This document shows, piece by piece, positions 23,808 to 32,000 of a stretch of 32,000 bases of DNA. A program made the translations under genes and the position numbers. Numbering within the stretch: the first letter of the stretch is position 1; every line of letters begins with the position of its first letter. A model generated the notes under the pieces. That model was not told the origin of the DNA. It did no database searches and worked only from the letters and a program-made list of their open reading frames with translations. Source of the stretch: Candidatus Nanopusillus sp. (lineage in GTDB: Archaea > Nanobdellota > Nanobdellia > Nanobdellales > Nanobdellaceae); NCBI GenBank assembly GCA_028276785.1, contig JAPYVP010000005.1, forward strand, positions 6,293 through 38,292, given 5' to 3'.

Positions 23808-24329
23808 ATGTATACATATGAATTTGATGTAAGTGATATAAAAGTAAATGAACTTGAAAAATTATTGAAAGAGAGAAATATAAAATATAATAAAAATAAA
23901 AATAAAATAATTGTTTATTATGAAGATTTTTATTTCTTATATAAATTTGATAAATTTATAAAAGGATTAAAAGCAGGCTTTGATATTAAAAAATTATTAA
24001 ATATATTGGATAATGATTGGGATATATTGGAAATTGATTTAAAATTGATATTTGAAAAGAAAATAAACCATATAATTAGAATAAAGGGAAGGATTATTGG
24101 AGAAGAAGGAAAAATATTGGAAGAATTAAAAAAGAGGACGAATGCTGATATAATTATTAAAGATAAATATATATACATACTTGGAGATAATGTTTCTTTA
24201 CAATCAGCATATGAAGGAATAAAAAGGATAATAAAAGGGGAAAAACACGGTACAGTATTTAATTATTTGGATAAATATATAAAAGATTTAAAAAATAAGG
24301 ATAAAGAATTTGCAAGATATATCAAATAA
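23808..24329 (+). CDS. KH-domain RNA-binding protein (aDim2/Pno1/Krr1-like, COG1094 type)
   Basis: FIKGLKAGFDIKKLLNILDNDWDILEIDLK...IRIKGRIIGEEGKILEELKKRTNADIII...GEKHGTVFNYL matches the archaeal Dim2-type second KH domain. The first KH domain looks reduced. Confidence 0.7.
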   Translation: MYTYEFDVSDIKVNELEKLLKERNIKYNKNKNKIIVYYEDFYFLYKFDKFIKGLKAGFDIKKLLNILDNDWDILEIDLKLIFEKKINHIIRIKGRIIGEEGKILEELKKRTNADIIIKDKYIYILGDNVSLQSAYEGIKRIIKGEKHGTVFNYLDKYIKDLKNKDKEFARYIK

Positions 24330-24361
24330 TATTTTAAAATATTAAAATAAATATTTTTTAA

Positions 24362-26104
24362 ATGAAAGAAAAAAGTAAACAAAATATTCAGGAAATTGAA
24401 CTATATAAAAAATTTAAAAGAATATCTGTAGCAGAATTTTTTGAGAGAAATAGACATCTATTAGGATTTGATAGTCCTAGGAAAGCGCTATTAATTGCAG
24501 TTAAAGAATATGTAGATAATTCATTAGATGCATGTGAGGAATATAAAATACTACCAGATATAAAGGTTGAAATAAGTAAAATAGAAAATGATATTTATAA
24601 AATATCCGTAGAAGATAATGGACCTGGTATACCATATGAAAGTGTTCCAGAAATATTTGGTAGTTTTTTATTTGGTTCTAAGTTTCATAGATTCATATCT
24701 ACAAGAGGAAAACAAGGTATTGGGGCTTCAGCAGTTACTTTATATTCACAACTTACAACAAAAGAACCTGTAGAAATTATTACGAAAATAAAAAATAAAG
24801 AAAAGGGGATAAGGTATAAAATAAAGATTGATGTAAAAACAAATACTCCGATAATTGTAGAAAAGGAAGAAATTGAAATAAAAAAAGAGAGTGGGACAAT
24901 TGTAAAGGCAAAAATAGTAGGTCAATATGTAAAAGGTAAACAATCTGTCGACGAATATATTAGATTAACTGCACTAATAAACCCACATACTAATATAACT
25001 TATAAAAATCCAGATGGAGAAAAATTTGTTTATAAAAGAATAATAAATGATATACCGGAGCTAAAGGAAGTAAGACCCCATCCTTATGGTATTGAGATAG
25101 GGTATTTTGAAAGATTAATAAAAGAAACAAATGAAAAAACATTATTAAGTTTTTTAACTAAAACATTTTCATCTGTAGGACAAAATACTGCAATGGAAAT
25201 ACTAAAGAAAGCAAAATTAGATCCAAATACAGATCCAAAGAATTTAGATGACGATCAGATTATAAAATTATATAATGCATTACAAAATGCAAAATTAAGA
25301 GCAATACCGTCAAAATATATTGTAACACTTGGTAGAGATATTATATTAAAGAGTATGGAAAACATACTTAAGCCAGAATATATGGTTGCGATAAAAAGAA
25401 AACCAAAATTATACAGAGGTATACCATTTATAGTAGAAGTTGGAATTGCATATGGTGGAGAAATAACAGAATTTCAATATTATAGATTTGCAAATAGAGT
25501 ACCATTATTATATAAACCAGGAGAAGATGCAATAACACATGCTTTAAAGGAAATTAATTGGAAACATTATGGATTTGAAGTTGAAGGGGAATTTCCGAAG
25601 GATCCAATGGCAATATTGGTTCATGTTGCATCTGTTTGGTTACCATTTACTTCAGAATCAAAAGAAGCAATTGCACCATATGATGAAATAGTAAAGGAAA
25701 TTGAATTAGGAATTAAAAATGTATTAAGAGAACTATCAGTATATATTAAGAAAAAGAGAGCTTTAGAAACGATTGGTGATAAATATAAAAATTTATATGG
25801 ATATGGATTAGAAGTTATAGATTCATTAAGTTCTATATTGGATATTGAAAAAGAAAATGTAGAAAAAAGAGTAAAGGAAAGGATAAAGAAAGAATTGGTA
25901 AATGATATATATGAAATATTAAAATCTGTTAAGGAAGTAAAAAATTTATTAAAAGAAGGAAAGGATGACAAAGCAATAGCTTTGATTAAAAATATGTTAA
26001 AAGATACGGTAAAAATTAATCTACTAAGTGAAAAAGAATTGGAAAACATAATAATAGAAGTAATAAATGACGTTAAAAAGAATAAGTTGAGCTTATTAAA
26101 TTAA
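24362..26104 (+). CDS. top6B: DNA topoisomerase VI subunit B
   Basis: The GHKL ATPase motifs EYVDNSLDACEE, VEDNGPGIP and GKQGIGASA are followed by the H2TH and transducer regions. Confidence 0.95.
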   Translation: MKEKSKQNIQEIELYKKFKRISVAEFFERNRHLLGFDSPRKALLIAVKEYVDNSLDACEEYKILPDIKVEISKIENDIYKISVEDNGPGIPYESVPEIFGSFLFGSKFHRFISTRGKQGIGASAVTLYSQLTTKEPVEIITKIKNKEKGIRYKIKIDVKTNTPIIVEKEEIEIKKESGTIVKAKIVGQYVKGKQSVDEYIRLTALINPHTNITYKNPDGEKFVYKRIINDIPELKEVRPHPYGIEIGYFERLIKETNEKTLLSFLTKTFSSVGQNTAMEILKKAKLDPNTDPKNLDDDQIIKLYNALQNAKLRAIPSKYIVTLGRDIILKSMENILKPEYMVAIKRKPKLYRGIPFIVEVGIAYGGEITEFQYYRFANRVPLLYKPGEDAITHALKEINWKHYGFEVEGEFPKDPMAILVHVASVWLPFTSESKEAIAPYDEIVKEIELGIKNVLRELSVYIKKKRALETIGDKYKNLYGYGLEVIDSLSSILDIEKENVEKRVKERIKKELVNDIYEILKSVKEVKNLLKEGKDDKAIALIKNMLKDTVKINLLSEKELENIIIEVINDVKKNKLSLLN

Positions 26105-26120
26105 CTTATAATAAAATAAA

Positions 26121-27239
26121 ATGGTCCAATATATAGAAAAATTATCTAAAGAGGAAGTTTTAAATAGAATAAAAAAGCTGGCTGAAGAAATTTATAATGA
26201 ATTTCAATCTGGAAATCCATCAATAAAGCTTGCTGTAAGGGGTAATATAAAAAATATTGAATATGATGAAAAAAGGGATATAATCACTTTAAAAGAGAAA
26301 ATAGGATCTAGAGAGTTCTTTAATTTAGGTCATGTGCGAAGATTCATGCAAACATTATTGGTTGCTTCTTTAGCAAAAAAATTAGTAGAAAAGGATAAAA
26401 CTGCAAGCTTGAGAGAAGTTTATTATCAGTTAAAACATACAATACCTATATTAAATGTAAATACAATAGAAGAACAGGAAGAATCTGATGCTGTAATCGA
26501 AGATTTAGAAAGAGCAATAAAAGCAATAAGAGAACAATTTCATATAAAGGCTGAAGGTAGGGGTGCAATATACGGAGATATATATTTAAGGGATAAAAAG
26601 AGAGGTGATGAATGGAATTGTTCAAGGTTGGGAAGGGGTGGATGGAGTATACCATCAACAATTGAAGATCTTGAAATTGGAGATGTAAATGCTGATTTTG
26701 TTTTAGTGGTTGAGAAAGAAGCCATGTTTGATAGGTTAATTGAAGAAAGATTTCCAGAAAAAAATGGTGCAATACTAATTACTAGTAAAGGTCAACCTCC
26801 AAGAGGTGTTAGAAGATTGATTCATAGATTAAGAAAAGAAAAAAATTTACCAGTTTATGTATTTACAGATGGAGATCCATGGGGATTTTATATATATTCT
26901 GTAATCAAAAGAGGGTCTATGAATTTATCACAATTTTCTGAATTATTAGCTACTCCAGATGTTAAGTTTATAGGAATGACAATTGATGACGTAGATGAAT
27001 ATGATTTAAGAAAAAAAGGAGCAGTAATAAAACTAAATCAAAGAGATATAAAAAGAATAAATGAAATTGCAAATTATCCTTGGTTTAAAAAGTCTAAAGA
27101 TTGGCAAAGACAATTTAGAAAAATGTTAGATTATGGAATAAAGGTCGAACAAGATGCATTAGCGGCAAATTCATTAGAATTCGTTGCAGAAAAATATTTA
27201 CCAGATAAATTACAACATCCAGAAAAAATATTAAGTTAA
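26121..27239 (+). CDS. top6A: DNA topoisomerase VI subunit A (Spo11 homologue)
   Basis: Catalytic Tyr context LREVYYQLKH. Toprim VVEKEAMFDRL and FTDGDPWGFYIY. KVEQDAL also present. Confidence 0.95.
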   Translation: MVQYIEKLSKEEVLNRIKKLAEEIYNEFQSGNPSIKLAVRGNIKNIEYDEKRDIITLKEKIGSREFFNLGHVRRFMQTLLVASLAKKLVEKDKTASLREVYYQLKHTIPILNVNTIEEQEESDAVIEDLERAIKAIREQFHIKAEGRGAIYGDIYLRDKKRGDEWNCSRLGRGGWSIPSTIEDLEIGDVNADFVLVVEKEAMFDRLIEERFPEKNGAILITSKGQPPRGVRRLIHRLRKEKNLPVYVFTDGDPWGFYIYSVIKRGSMNLSQFSELLATPDVKFIGMTIDDVDEYDLRKKGAVIKLNQRDIKRINEIANYPWFKKSKDWQRQFRKMLDYGIKVEQDALAANSLEFVAEKYLPDKLQHPEKILS

Positions 27240-27490
27240 TGTATAAATTTTATTTTTGGTTCTCTTTTTTCAGATAATTTTGATAATATATTTTTTAATA
27301 ATTCATCATCTATCTTTTTTATTTTACCAGTTTGTATATATTGATATAAAATTAAAATAACTTGAATAAATTTTTCTGGATATACAGCTTTTATATTTGA
27401 TAATCTATCAATTGCTTCTTTCGTAAGAAATGGTAATATTGATTTATACATTTCTTCTATTTCTTTTAGTCTTCTATTATCTTTGCTCAT
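27236..27490 (-). CDS. PDCD5/TFAR19-type dsDNA-binding protein
   Basis: ILPFLTKEAIDRLSNIKAVYPEKFIQV...IQTGKI.KKIDDELLKNIL fits the archaeal DNA-binding protein family pattern (L..iLt.eAreRL..i.lv.Pe.a..ve..li.la..G.....i.e..lk.lL). Confidence 0.7.
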   Translation of the reverse strand: MSKDNRRLKEIEEMYKSILPFLTKEAIDRLSNIKAVYPEKFIQVILILYQYIQTGKIKKIDDELLKNILSKLSEKREPKIKFIH

Positions 27491-27513
27491 AATTGAATAT
27501 TTTTAAGACAAAG

Positions 27514-27521
27514 TTTTTAAG
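27514..27521. promoter_or_regulatory. Central TATA-like element TTTTTAAG in a 52-bp divergent spacer (second copy at 27500-27507)
   Basis: Centre is ~27 nt from the minus-strand ATG (27490) and ~26 nt from the plus-strand ATG (27543). Confidence 0.35.
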
Positions 27522-27542
27522 CAAAATTAAGATATTTTTGAT

Positions 27543-28355
27543 ATGGAAGAATACAGCAATATGAGACAATGGGGGATATTTTTTATACTATTATTAGTGT
27601 CATTTTTGTTAGTAAAATTTTTTGGAATATTTGGAATAGTATCTGGAATAATTTTATTATTATATACATTGAGTGGAATAAGAATAATATATAATTATGA
27701 AAAAGCAGTAATTTTTACATTAGGATATTATTCAGGAATCCTTTCTGGAGGTTTAATATACATTTTACCAGGTTTTCAAAAATTGGTTAAAGTAGATATG
27801 AGGATTATAAATTATGAATTGCCCGAACAAGTTTTATTGTCTGCAGATAATATAAATATTACTGTAAAGGGTACCGTATTTTATAGAATAGTAGATCCTG
27901 GAAAAGTTATTATGAATATAAGAGAGTTAGATAAGGCAATATTAAACTATGCACAAGCAAAATTAAGAGATATATTTGGAAAATATAATTTAAATGATAT
28001 ATTACATAAAAGAGAAGAAATTGGAATAGAATTAAGAGATATGATTCAAAAAGAAATTGGGGAATGGGGGGTAGATATTATAGCAATAAAAATACAAGAT
28101 ATAATTGTTCCTCAAGAAATACTATCTGCATTGACTCAAAGAGCAATTGCTGAAAGGTTGGCACAGGCAAAGGTTATAGAATCACAAGGTGAATTACAAG
28201 CTGCAGAAAACTATAAAAAAGCTGCAGAAATATTATCCGAAAGCGATTATGGTATAGTATTAAGGTTTTTAGAAATGTTAAGAAGTAGTCAAAATACAAA
28301 AATAATTGTAGTACCGCCAGAAATATTTGATTTATTTAAGAAACATAATAAGTAG
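27543..28355 (+). CDS. SPFH/band 7 (stomatin/prohibitin-like) membrane protein
   Basis: An N-terminal membrane hairpin is followed by YEKAVIFTLG...PGFQKLVKVDMRI, the SPFH core and an Ala/Gln-rich coiled coil. Confidence 0.85.
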   Translation: MEEYSNMRQWGIFFILLLVSFLLVKFFGIFGIVSGIILLLYTLSGIRIIYNYEKAVIFTLGYYSGILSGGLIYILPGFQKLVKVDMRIINYELPEQVLLSADNINITVKGTVFYRIVDPGKVIMNIRELDKAILNYAQAKLRDIFGKYNLNDILHKREEIGIELRDMIQKEIGEWGVDIIAIKIQDIIVPQEILSALTQRAIAERLAQAKVIESQGELQAAENYKKAAEILSESDYGIVLRFLEMLRSSQNTKIIVVPPEIFDLFKKHNK

Positions 28356-28911
28356 AGTACTTTTTTATTAAAATATAAATATTTTTATACATAATAACAA
28401 ATAAAACCATTGAATAAATTAAAATAAAGATTTTATATTCCCAAAATTGTGCTATAAAAAATGAGAAAATTTTTAGTATATTGATTATAAAATAGAAAAA
28501 ATTTAACATATTAAATATCTTATAGAATTTTAAAATTTTCAAAAATGATAAGATCTTGTATAAATCTTTGTAAATTAAATAATAAATTAGAAAATATAAA
28601 AAAGATGCAAATAAAAATAAAATATTGTATATTATAAGAGAATGCGAAAATAATAATAAAAAGTTTATTAAAACATAAACTAATAGTAATGTAATTATTT
28701 TTGAATTATATATAAAATTTAAATACATTATTATAGATATTAAAAATAAAGAAATTGGAATTAATAAGAAAATAATATTATATAAATTATTAGATAATAG
28801 TATTGGATTATAATAAATAATTAAATATAGAATAAGACTAATGGAATTATAATATATAGAAAAAAGAGAAAAATATAGTAAATTATTAAATCTTTCAATA
28901 TTTTTCTCCAT
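28336..28911 (-). CDS. Highly hydrophobic polytopic membrane protein, unknown function
   Basis: 191 aa, almost entirely I/L/F/Y helices. Overlaps both neighbours (20 nt convergent, 17 nt tandem), which argues that it is real despite low complexity. Confidence 0.5.
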   Translation of the reverse strand: MEKNIERFNNLLYFSLFSIYYNSISLILYLIIYYNPILLSNNLYNIIFLLIPISLFLISIIMYLNFIYNSKIITLLLVYVLINFLLLFSHSLIIYNILFLFASFLYFLIYYLIYKDLYKILSFLKILKFYKIFNMLNFFYFIINILKIFSFFIAQFWEYKIFILIYSMVLFVIMYKNIYILIKKYSTYYVS

Positions 28912-29431
28912 ACCAATATCCTTTATATGTTTCTTTTGATTCTTTTTCCAATTTAATAAATATCAATTGTATCCATGCCTCATTTATATTTATTTTAGCA
29001 TTAATTGGAAAATAATATGTTTGAGTAAATTCTCCTTTATATCCAGGATCAAATAATGCGCTTTCAAACTTTAATATTCCCAATCTATTAAATGTAGACC
29101 TTGGTAATGCTATTGCAATCATATCATTTGGAATTTCAACTTCAGGAAATACTACATAATATAATCCTTTATTTAATACCCAGTAATTATTTTTTGGTTT
29201 TATTTCAATAAATGCATCAGGAATTTTTTTAAATGAATTTTCTAATAAATCTTCATAATCTAAATTATAATTAAATATATATCCTCTTCTATCGCTATCA
29301 ATTAATATATATTTTATTCTTTTAATAGGTATTTTATATATTTTTTTAGGTTTTATGTCAATTCCTGCAGGATTTACTTTTACATATTCTTTTACAAATT
29401 TTTTTGCATCTTCTCCATTTATAACACTCAT
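28895..29431 (-). CDS. dUTPase/dCTP deaminase-superfamily protein (probably dUTP diphosphatase)
   Basis: NPAGIDI (motif 1), ALPRSTFNRLGI (PRSS..RlG) and ALFDPGYKGEF (iDpGy.G). No TLE-type deaminase Glu is evident. Confidence 0.7.
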   Translation of the reverse strand: MSVINGEDAKKFVKEYVKVNPAGIDIKPKKIYKIPIKRIKYILIDSDRRGYIFNYNLDYEDLLENSFKKIPDAFIEIKPKNNYWVLNKGLYYVVFPEVEIPNDMIAIALPRSTFNRLGILKFESALFDPGYKGEFTQTYYFPINAKININEAWIQLIFIKLEKESKETYKGYWYGEKY

Positions 29432-29457
29432 ATAAATATATTGAATATTTGTTATTT

Positions 29458-30666
29458 ATGAATATAGAAGAATATAGAGATTATATAATAGATTTATATA
29501 AGAAATTTATACCAGTTAAATCTATTGGACCGGAAAATAATGGAGGGGGTGAATGGGAAAGAGCAAAAATATTATATAATATTGTAAGAGATTTATTTGA
29601 TGAAATTAAAATAATTGAAGCACCTGATGAAAGAATAAAAGAAAAATCAAGACCAAATATTATTGCAATAAAATATGGAAAAAATAGAGAAAAAACATTT
29701 TGGATAATTGCACATATTGATACTGTACCAGAAGGAAGTTTAAATCTATGGAAATACGATCCATTTAATGTTACAATTGAAGGTAATAAAATATATGGAA
29801 GAGGGGTTTTAGATAATGGAAATGGAATTGTTTTAGGAATATTATTGGCAAAATATTTTAAGGATAATAATATTTTGCCTAAATATAATTATGGGTTAAT
29901 ATTGGCTTCAGATGAAGAAACTGGAAGTAAATATGGATTAAAATATATTTTAGAAAAAGAGCCTGATTTATTTAAAAAGGATGATTGGATTTTGGTACCT
30001 GATGCAGGAAGTTCTGATGGGTTAGATATTGAAGTTGCTGAAAAAGGAATATTATGGATAAAATTCAAGGTTATTGGAAAACAGGCACATGCGAGTACTC
30101 CTGATTTAGGTATTAATTCAACAAAACTAGGATCTATATTAATTTTACAATTATATGATTCTTTACATGAAAAATATGATAAAGAAAATAAATTATTTAA
30201 TCCTTCCAAAAGTACATTTGAACCAACAAAGGTTGAAAAAAATGTAGATAATGTAAATACAATACCTGGGGAATTTACATTTTATTATGATTGTAGAATA
30301 TTACCAGATTATAATTTAGATGAAGTATATCAAACGATAGAATATATATGTAAAGAATTTGAAAGAAATTATAATTGTAAAATTGATATTGAAATTGTAA
30401 ATAAAGATTATCCATCAATATTAGAAAATATTGATAATAATGAATTTTTAAATAAATTAAAAGAAGCAATTAAAAAATATAAAAATAATGAACCAAGATT
30501 GGTAGGAATTGGAGGAGGAACATATGCAAAATATTTAAGAGAAAAAGGTTTGAATTCAATTGTATGGAGTACATATAACGAAAGTGCGCATATGCCAAAT
30601 GAATATATAAATATAAATGATATAATAAATGATGCAAAAATATTGTTAGAAATTCTTAAACCTTAA
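29458..30666 (+). CDS. M20-family metallopeptidase/deacylase (ArgE/DapE/CPG2-like)
   Basis: IAHIDTVPEG, GRGVLDNGNG and SDEETGS are present. The ORF track starts at TTG 29449. ATG 29458 is preferred because a TATAAATA box (29431-29438) is then ~24 nt upstream. Confidence 0.85.
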   Translation: MNIEEYRDYIIDLYKKFIPVKSIGPENNGGGEWERAKILYNIVRDLFDEIKIIEAPDERIKEKSRPNIIAIKYGKNREKTFWIIAHIDTVPEGSLNLWKYDPFNVTIEGNKIYGRGVLDNGNGIVLGILLAKYFKDNNILPKYNYGLILASDEETGSKYGLKYILEKEPDLFKKDDWILVPDAGSSDGLDIEVAEKGILWIKFKVIGKQAHASTPDLGINSTKLGSILILQLYDSLHEKYDKENKLFNPSKSTFEPTKVEKNVDNVNTIPGEFTFYYDCRILPDYNLDEVYQTIEYICKEFERNYNCKIDIEIVNKDYPSILENIDNNEFLNKLKEAIKKYKNNEPRLVGIGGGTYAKYLREKGLNSIVWSTYNESAHMPNEYININDIINDAKILLEILKP

Positions 30667-30681
30667 TTTCATATTAAAATA

Positions 30682-31572
30682 ATGGTTGGTATATTTGATC
30701 TTGCAAAATTAATGACTGGTTTTAATTTATTTAAGAAAGTACCTCAGGAAAATATAGAATATTCAAAGGAATTGATAGAAAATGCTAAGAAAAACTTATC
30801 AGATTCATATGATTTATATAATAAGAAAAATTATAATTTGGCAATATATTATTTAGAACAATCACTATATTTTTCTTTAAAAAGTTTAGTATTATTATTC
30901 CAAATGGTAAAATTAAAGGATGTAAAAGATAAAAATTATAATTCATTTGAAGATTTTGTAAATAAAAACAAGATATTTGATAAATTAAAGAAAATAGTTA
31001 ACCAGAATTCTACAATGTATGAAATACTATTATCTGAAGAAAATAAGAAAAAATTTAAGGAAGATTATGAAAAATATAAAAAAGAAGTAGATGAATTTTT
31101 GAAAAAATTAAAAGATAAAAATGAAAGAAAAAAGATTGTTAGATATAATGAAAATGATTTAAATAATTTATTTTCAATTAATGAATTAGTTAATAAGTAT
31201 CAAATGTCTGAAGAAGTTATTGAGAGTTTAATTAATTTTGCTATGAATTTATTTAGTAGAATGGGTGGAAAAATGAGTAATGTATTAAATACAGGAATGG
31301 CTAGAAGTTTAATTAAAAGAGAATTAGAAAAAAATAAAGATACATTAAATATATTTGGAAATATATTAATACTGACTGGAATATTAATGCTACATGAAAG
31401 ATCAACAAAAGAGTATGATAAAGATTTAGATTTCTCTCCAGATAATTATACTCAAGATTTAGGAGTTGTAAAATTATATAATAAAATGTATGATATGGTT
31501 AATGGATTAATTAAATTTAATGAAAACTTTGTAAATGTATTGGAAAATAAAGATAATTTAAAGCTATTTTAG
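30682..31572 (+). CDS. Hypothetical protein, HEPN-like helical ends separated by a ~150-aa K/E/N-rich insertion
   Basis: N-terminal ELIENAKKNLSDSYDLYNKKNYNLAIYYLEQSLYFSLKSLVL fits the HEPN helices 1-2 pattern. C-terminal HERSTKEYDKDLDFSPDNYTQDLG resembles the H...(R)Yp.....P.e.Yt.e.a segment. Confidence 0.6.
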   Translation: MVGIFDLAKLMTGFNLFKKVPQENIEYSKELIENAKKNLSDSYDLYNKKNYNLAIYYLEQSLYFSLKSLVLLFQMVKLKDVKDKNYNSFEDFVNKNKIFDKLKKIVNQNSTMYEILLSEENKKKFKEDYEKYKKEVDEFLKKLKDKNERKKIVRYNENDLNNLFSINELVNKYQMSEEVIESLINFAMNLFSRMGGKMSNVLNTGMARSLIKRELEKNKDTLNIFGNILILTGILMLHERSTKEYDKDLDFSPDNYTQDLGVVKLYNKMYDMVNGLIKFNENFVNVLENKDNLKLF

Positions 31573-32000
31573 ATTAATTTTTATTACTTTGTTTGGATCA
31601 AAAATTTTGTTGTTATATTTTAGAAAATTCATAAAGTAATTTTCAATTGTTTTATAATCATAATAAATTATTAAATGATATCCTGGCCTTATTTTTCTTC
31701 TCATTTTATATAAATATACATAATCATAGTATAGAGATAATTTTTTTATCATTTTTATTAAGTATCCTGGATGATATGGAATAATTAAAAATAGTAGATT
31801 TTTATCTAAATATAATTGTGGCGGTATTAAAATATCTTTTAAGTGAGTATGTAAAATTCTTTCAGAATCTCTTATTGTATTAAATTTTATCCAGGTAGCT
31901 AATAATTTATGTAAAAAATAATCTTTAAAATATATTTTAAATAATCTATTTATATATTTTAACCCTTTTGCATATTTTCTTTCTCTTTTTGGTCTTTCTT
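31564..32000 (-). CDS. Hypothetical protein, 5'-truncated by the window end (the ORF track shows only the last 62 codons)
   Basis: I translated the reverse strand from 31998: ERPKRERKYAKGLKYINRLFKIYFKDYFLHKLLATWIKFNTIRDSERILHTHLKDILIPPQLYLDKNLLFLIIPYHPGYLIK runs in frame into MIKKLSLYY... with no stop. Confidence 0.65.
   Translation of the reverse strand, partial: ERPKRERKYAKGLKYINRLFKIYFKDYFLHKLLATWIKFNTIRDSERILHTHLKDILIPPQLYLDKNLLFLIIPYHPGYLIKMIKKLSLYYDYVYLYKMRRKIRPGYHLIIYYDYKTIENYFMNFLKYNNKIFDPNKVIKINLK

Noticed and set aside
5049-27239. Inteins or split genes in infB, kae1, top6A and top6B, since reduced archaeal genomes often have them.
   Set aside because: Lengths and motif order are contiguous and normal for infB, top6A and top6B. 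The only insertion, in kae1, is ~75 aa, lacks Cys/Ser...His-Asn intein termini and has no endonuclease motifs.
1-32000. CRISPR arrays, transposases or IS elements, integrases, restriction-modification or other recognisable defence genes, and rRNA genes.
   Set aside because: No regularly spaced direct repeats were seen. No ORF has recognisable Cas, transposase, integrase or methyltransferase motifs, and every spacer is under 75 bp. Repeat detection by eye in AT-rich DNA is weak, so a computational repeat scan would be needed to confirm this.

Overview
Very AT-rich, extremely gene-dense archaeal DNA. Intergenic spacers are mostly 15-75 bp, and many start/stop codons overlap as ATGA. Archaeal hallmarks: topoisomerase VI A and B, aIF5B, aSUI1, RNase P Rpp29, Kae1, ribosomal proteins S6e and L29, TFS, an archaeal-type signal peptidase and class-III-signal pilins. 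Two tRNA genes, Lys-UUU and Asn-GUU, have almost all-G:C stems, in sharp contrast to the surrounding DNA. Together with the small compact genes, this suggests (inference only) a thermophilic, reduced-genome DPANN/Nanoarchaeota-like archaeon. I saw no CRISPR array, transposase, integrase, rRNA or intein. Most genes are housekeeping: translation, DNA topology, enolase, ThiI, UppP, dUTPase-like, M20 peptidase, SPFH. The most unusual locus is at 1-4201. A pilus-like gene pair and a tRNA-Lys are followed by one ~910-codon secreted Ig-like plus parallel-beta-helix adhesin-like gene. That gene is spread over three reading frames by two +1 frame changes, each at an A-run followed by T, the first being AAA-TAA. 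About 740 nt of clearly coding sequence there (1870-2607) is missing from the ORF track because it has no start codon. Other points worth a second look:
- a ~75-aa insertion in Kae1
- a pyrophosphatase-like protein with degenerate catalytic motifs
- a mini-L29
- an orphan 2-oxoacid:ferredoxin oxidoreductase beta subunit
- an overlapping deacetylase/GH1 gene pair
- a HEPN-like protein with a large insertion
- recurrent ultra-compact divergent promoter modules, with TATA-like boxes ~26 nt from start codons, implying leaderless mRNAs
All functional calls rest on motif recognition by eye. No database search was run.
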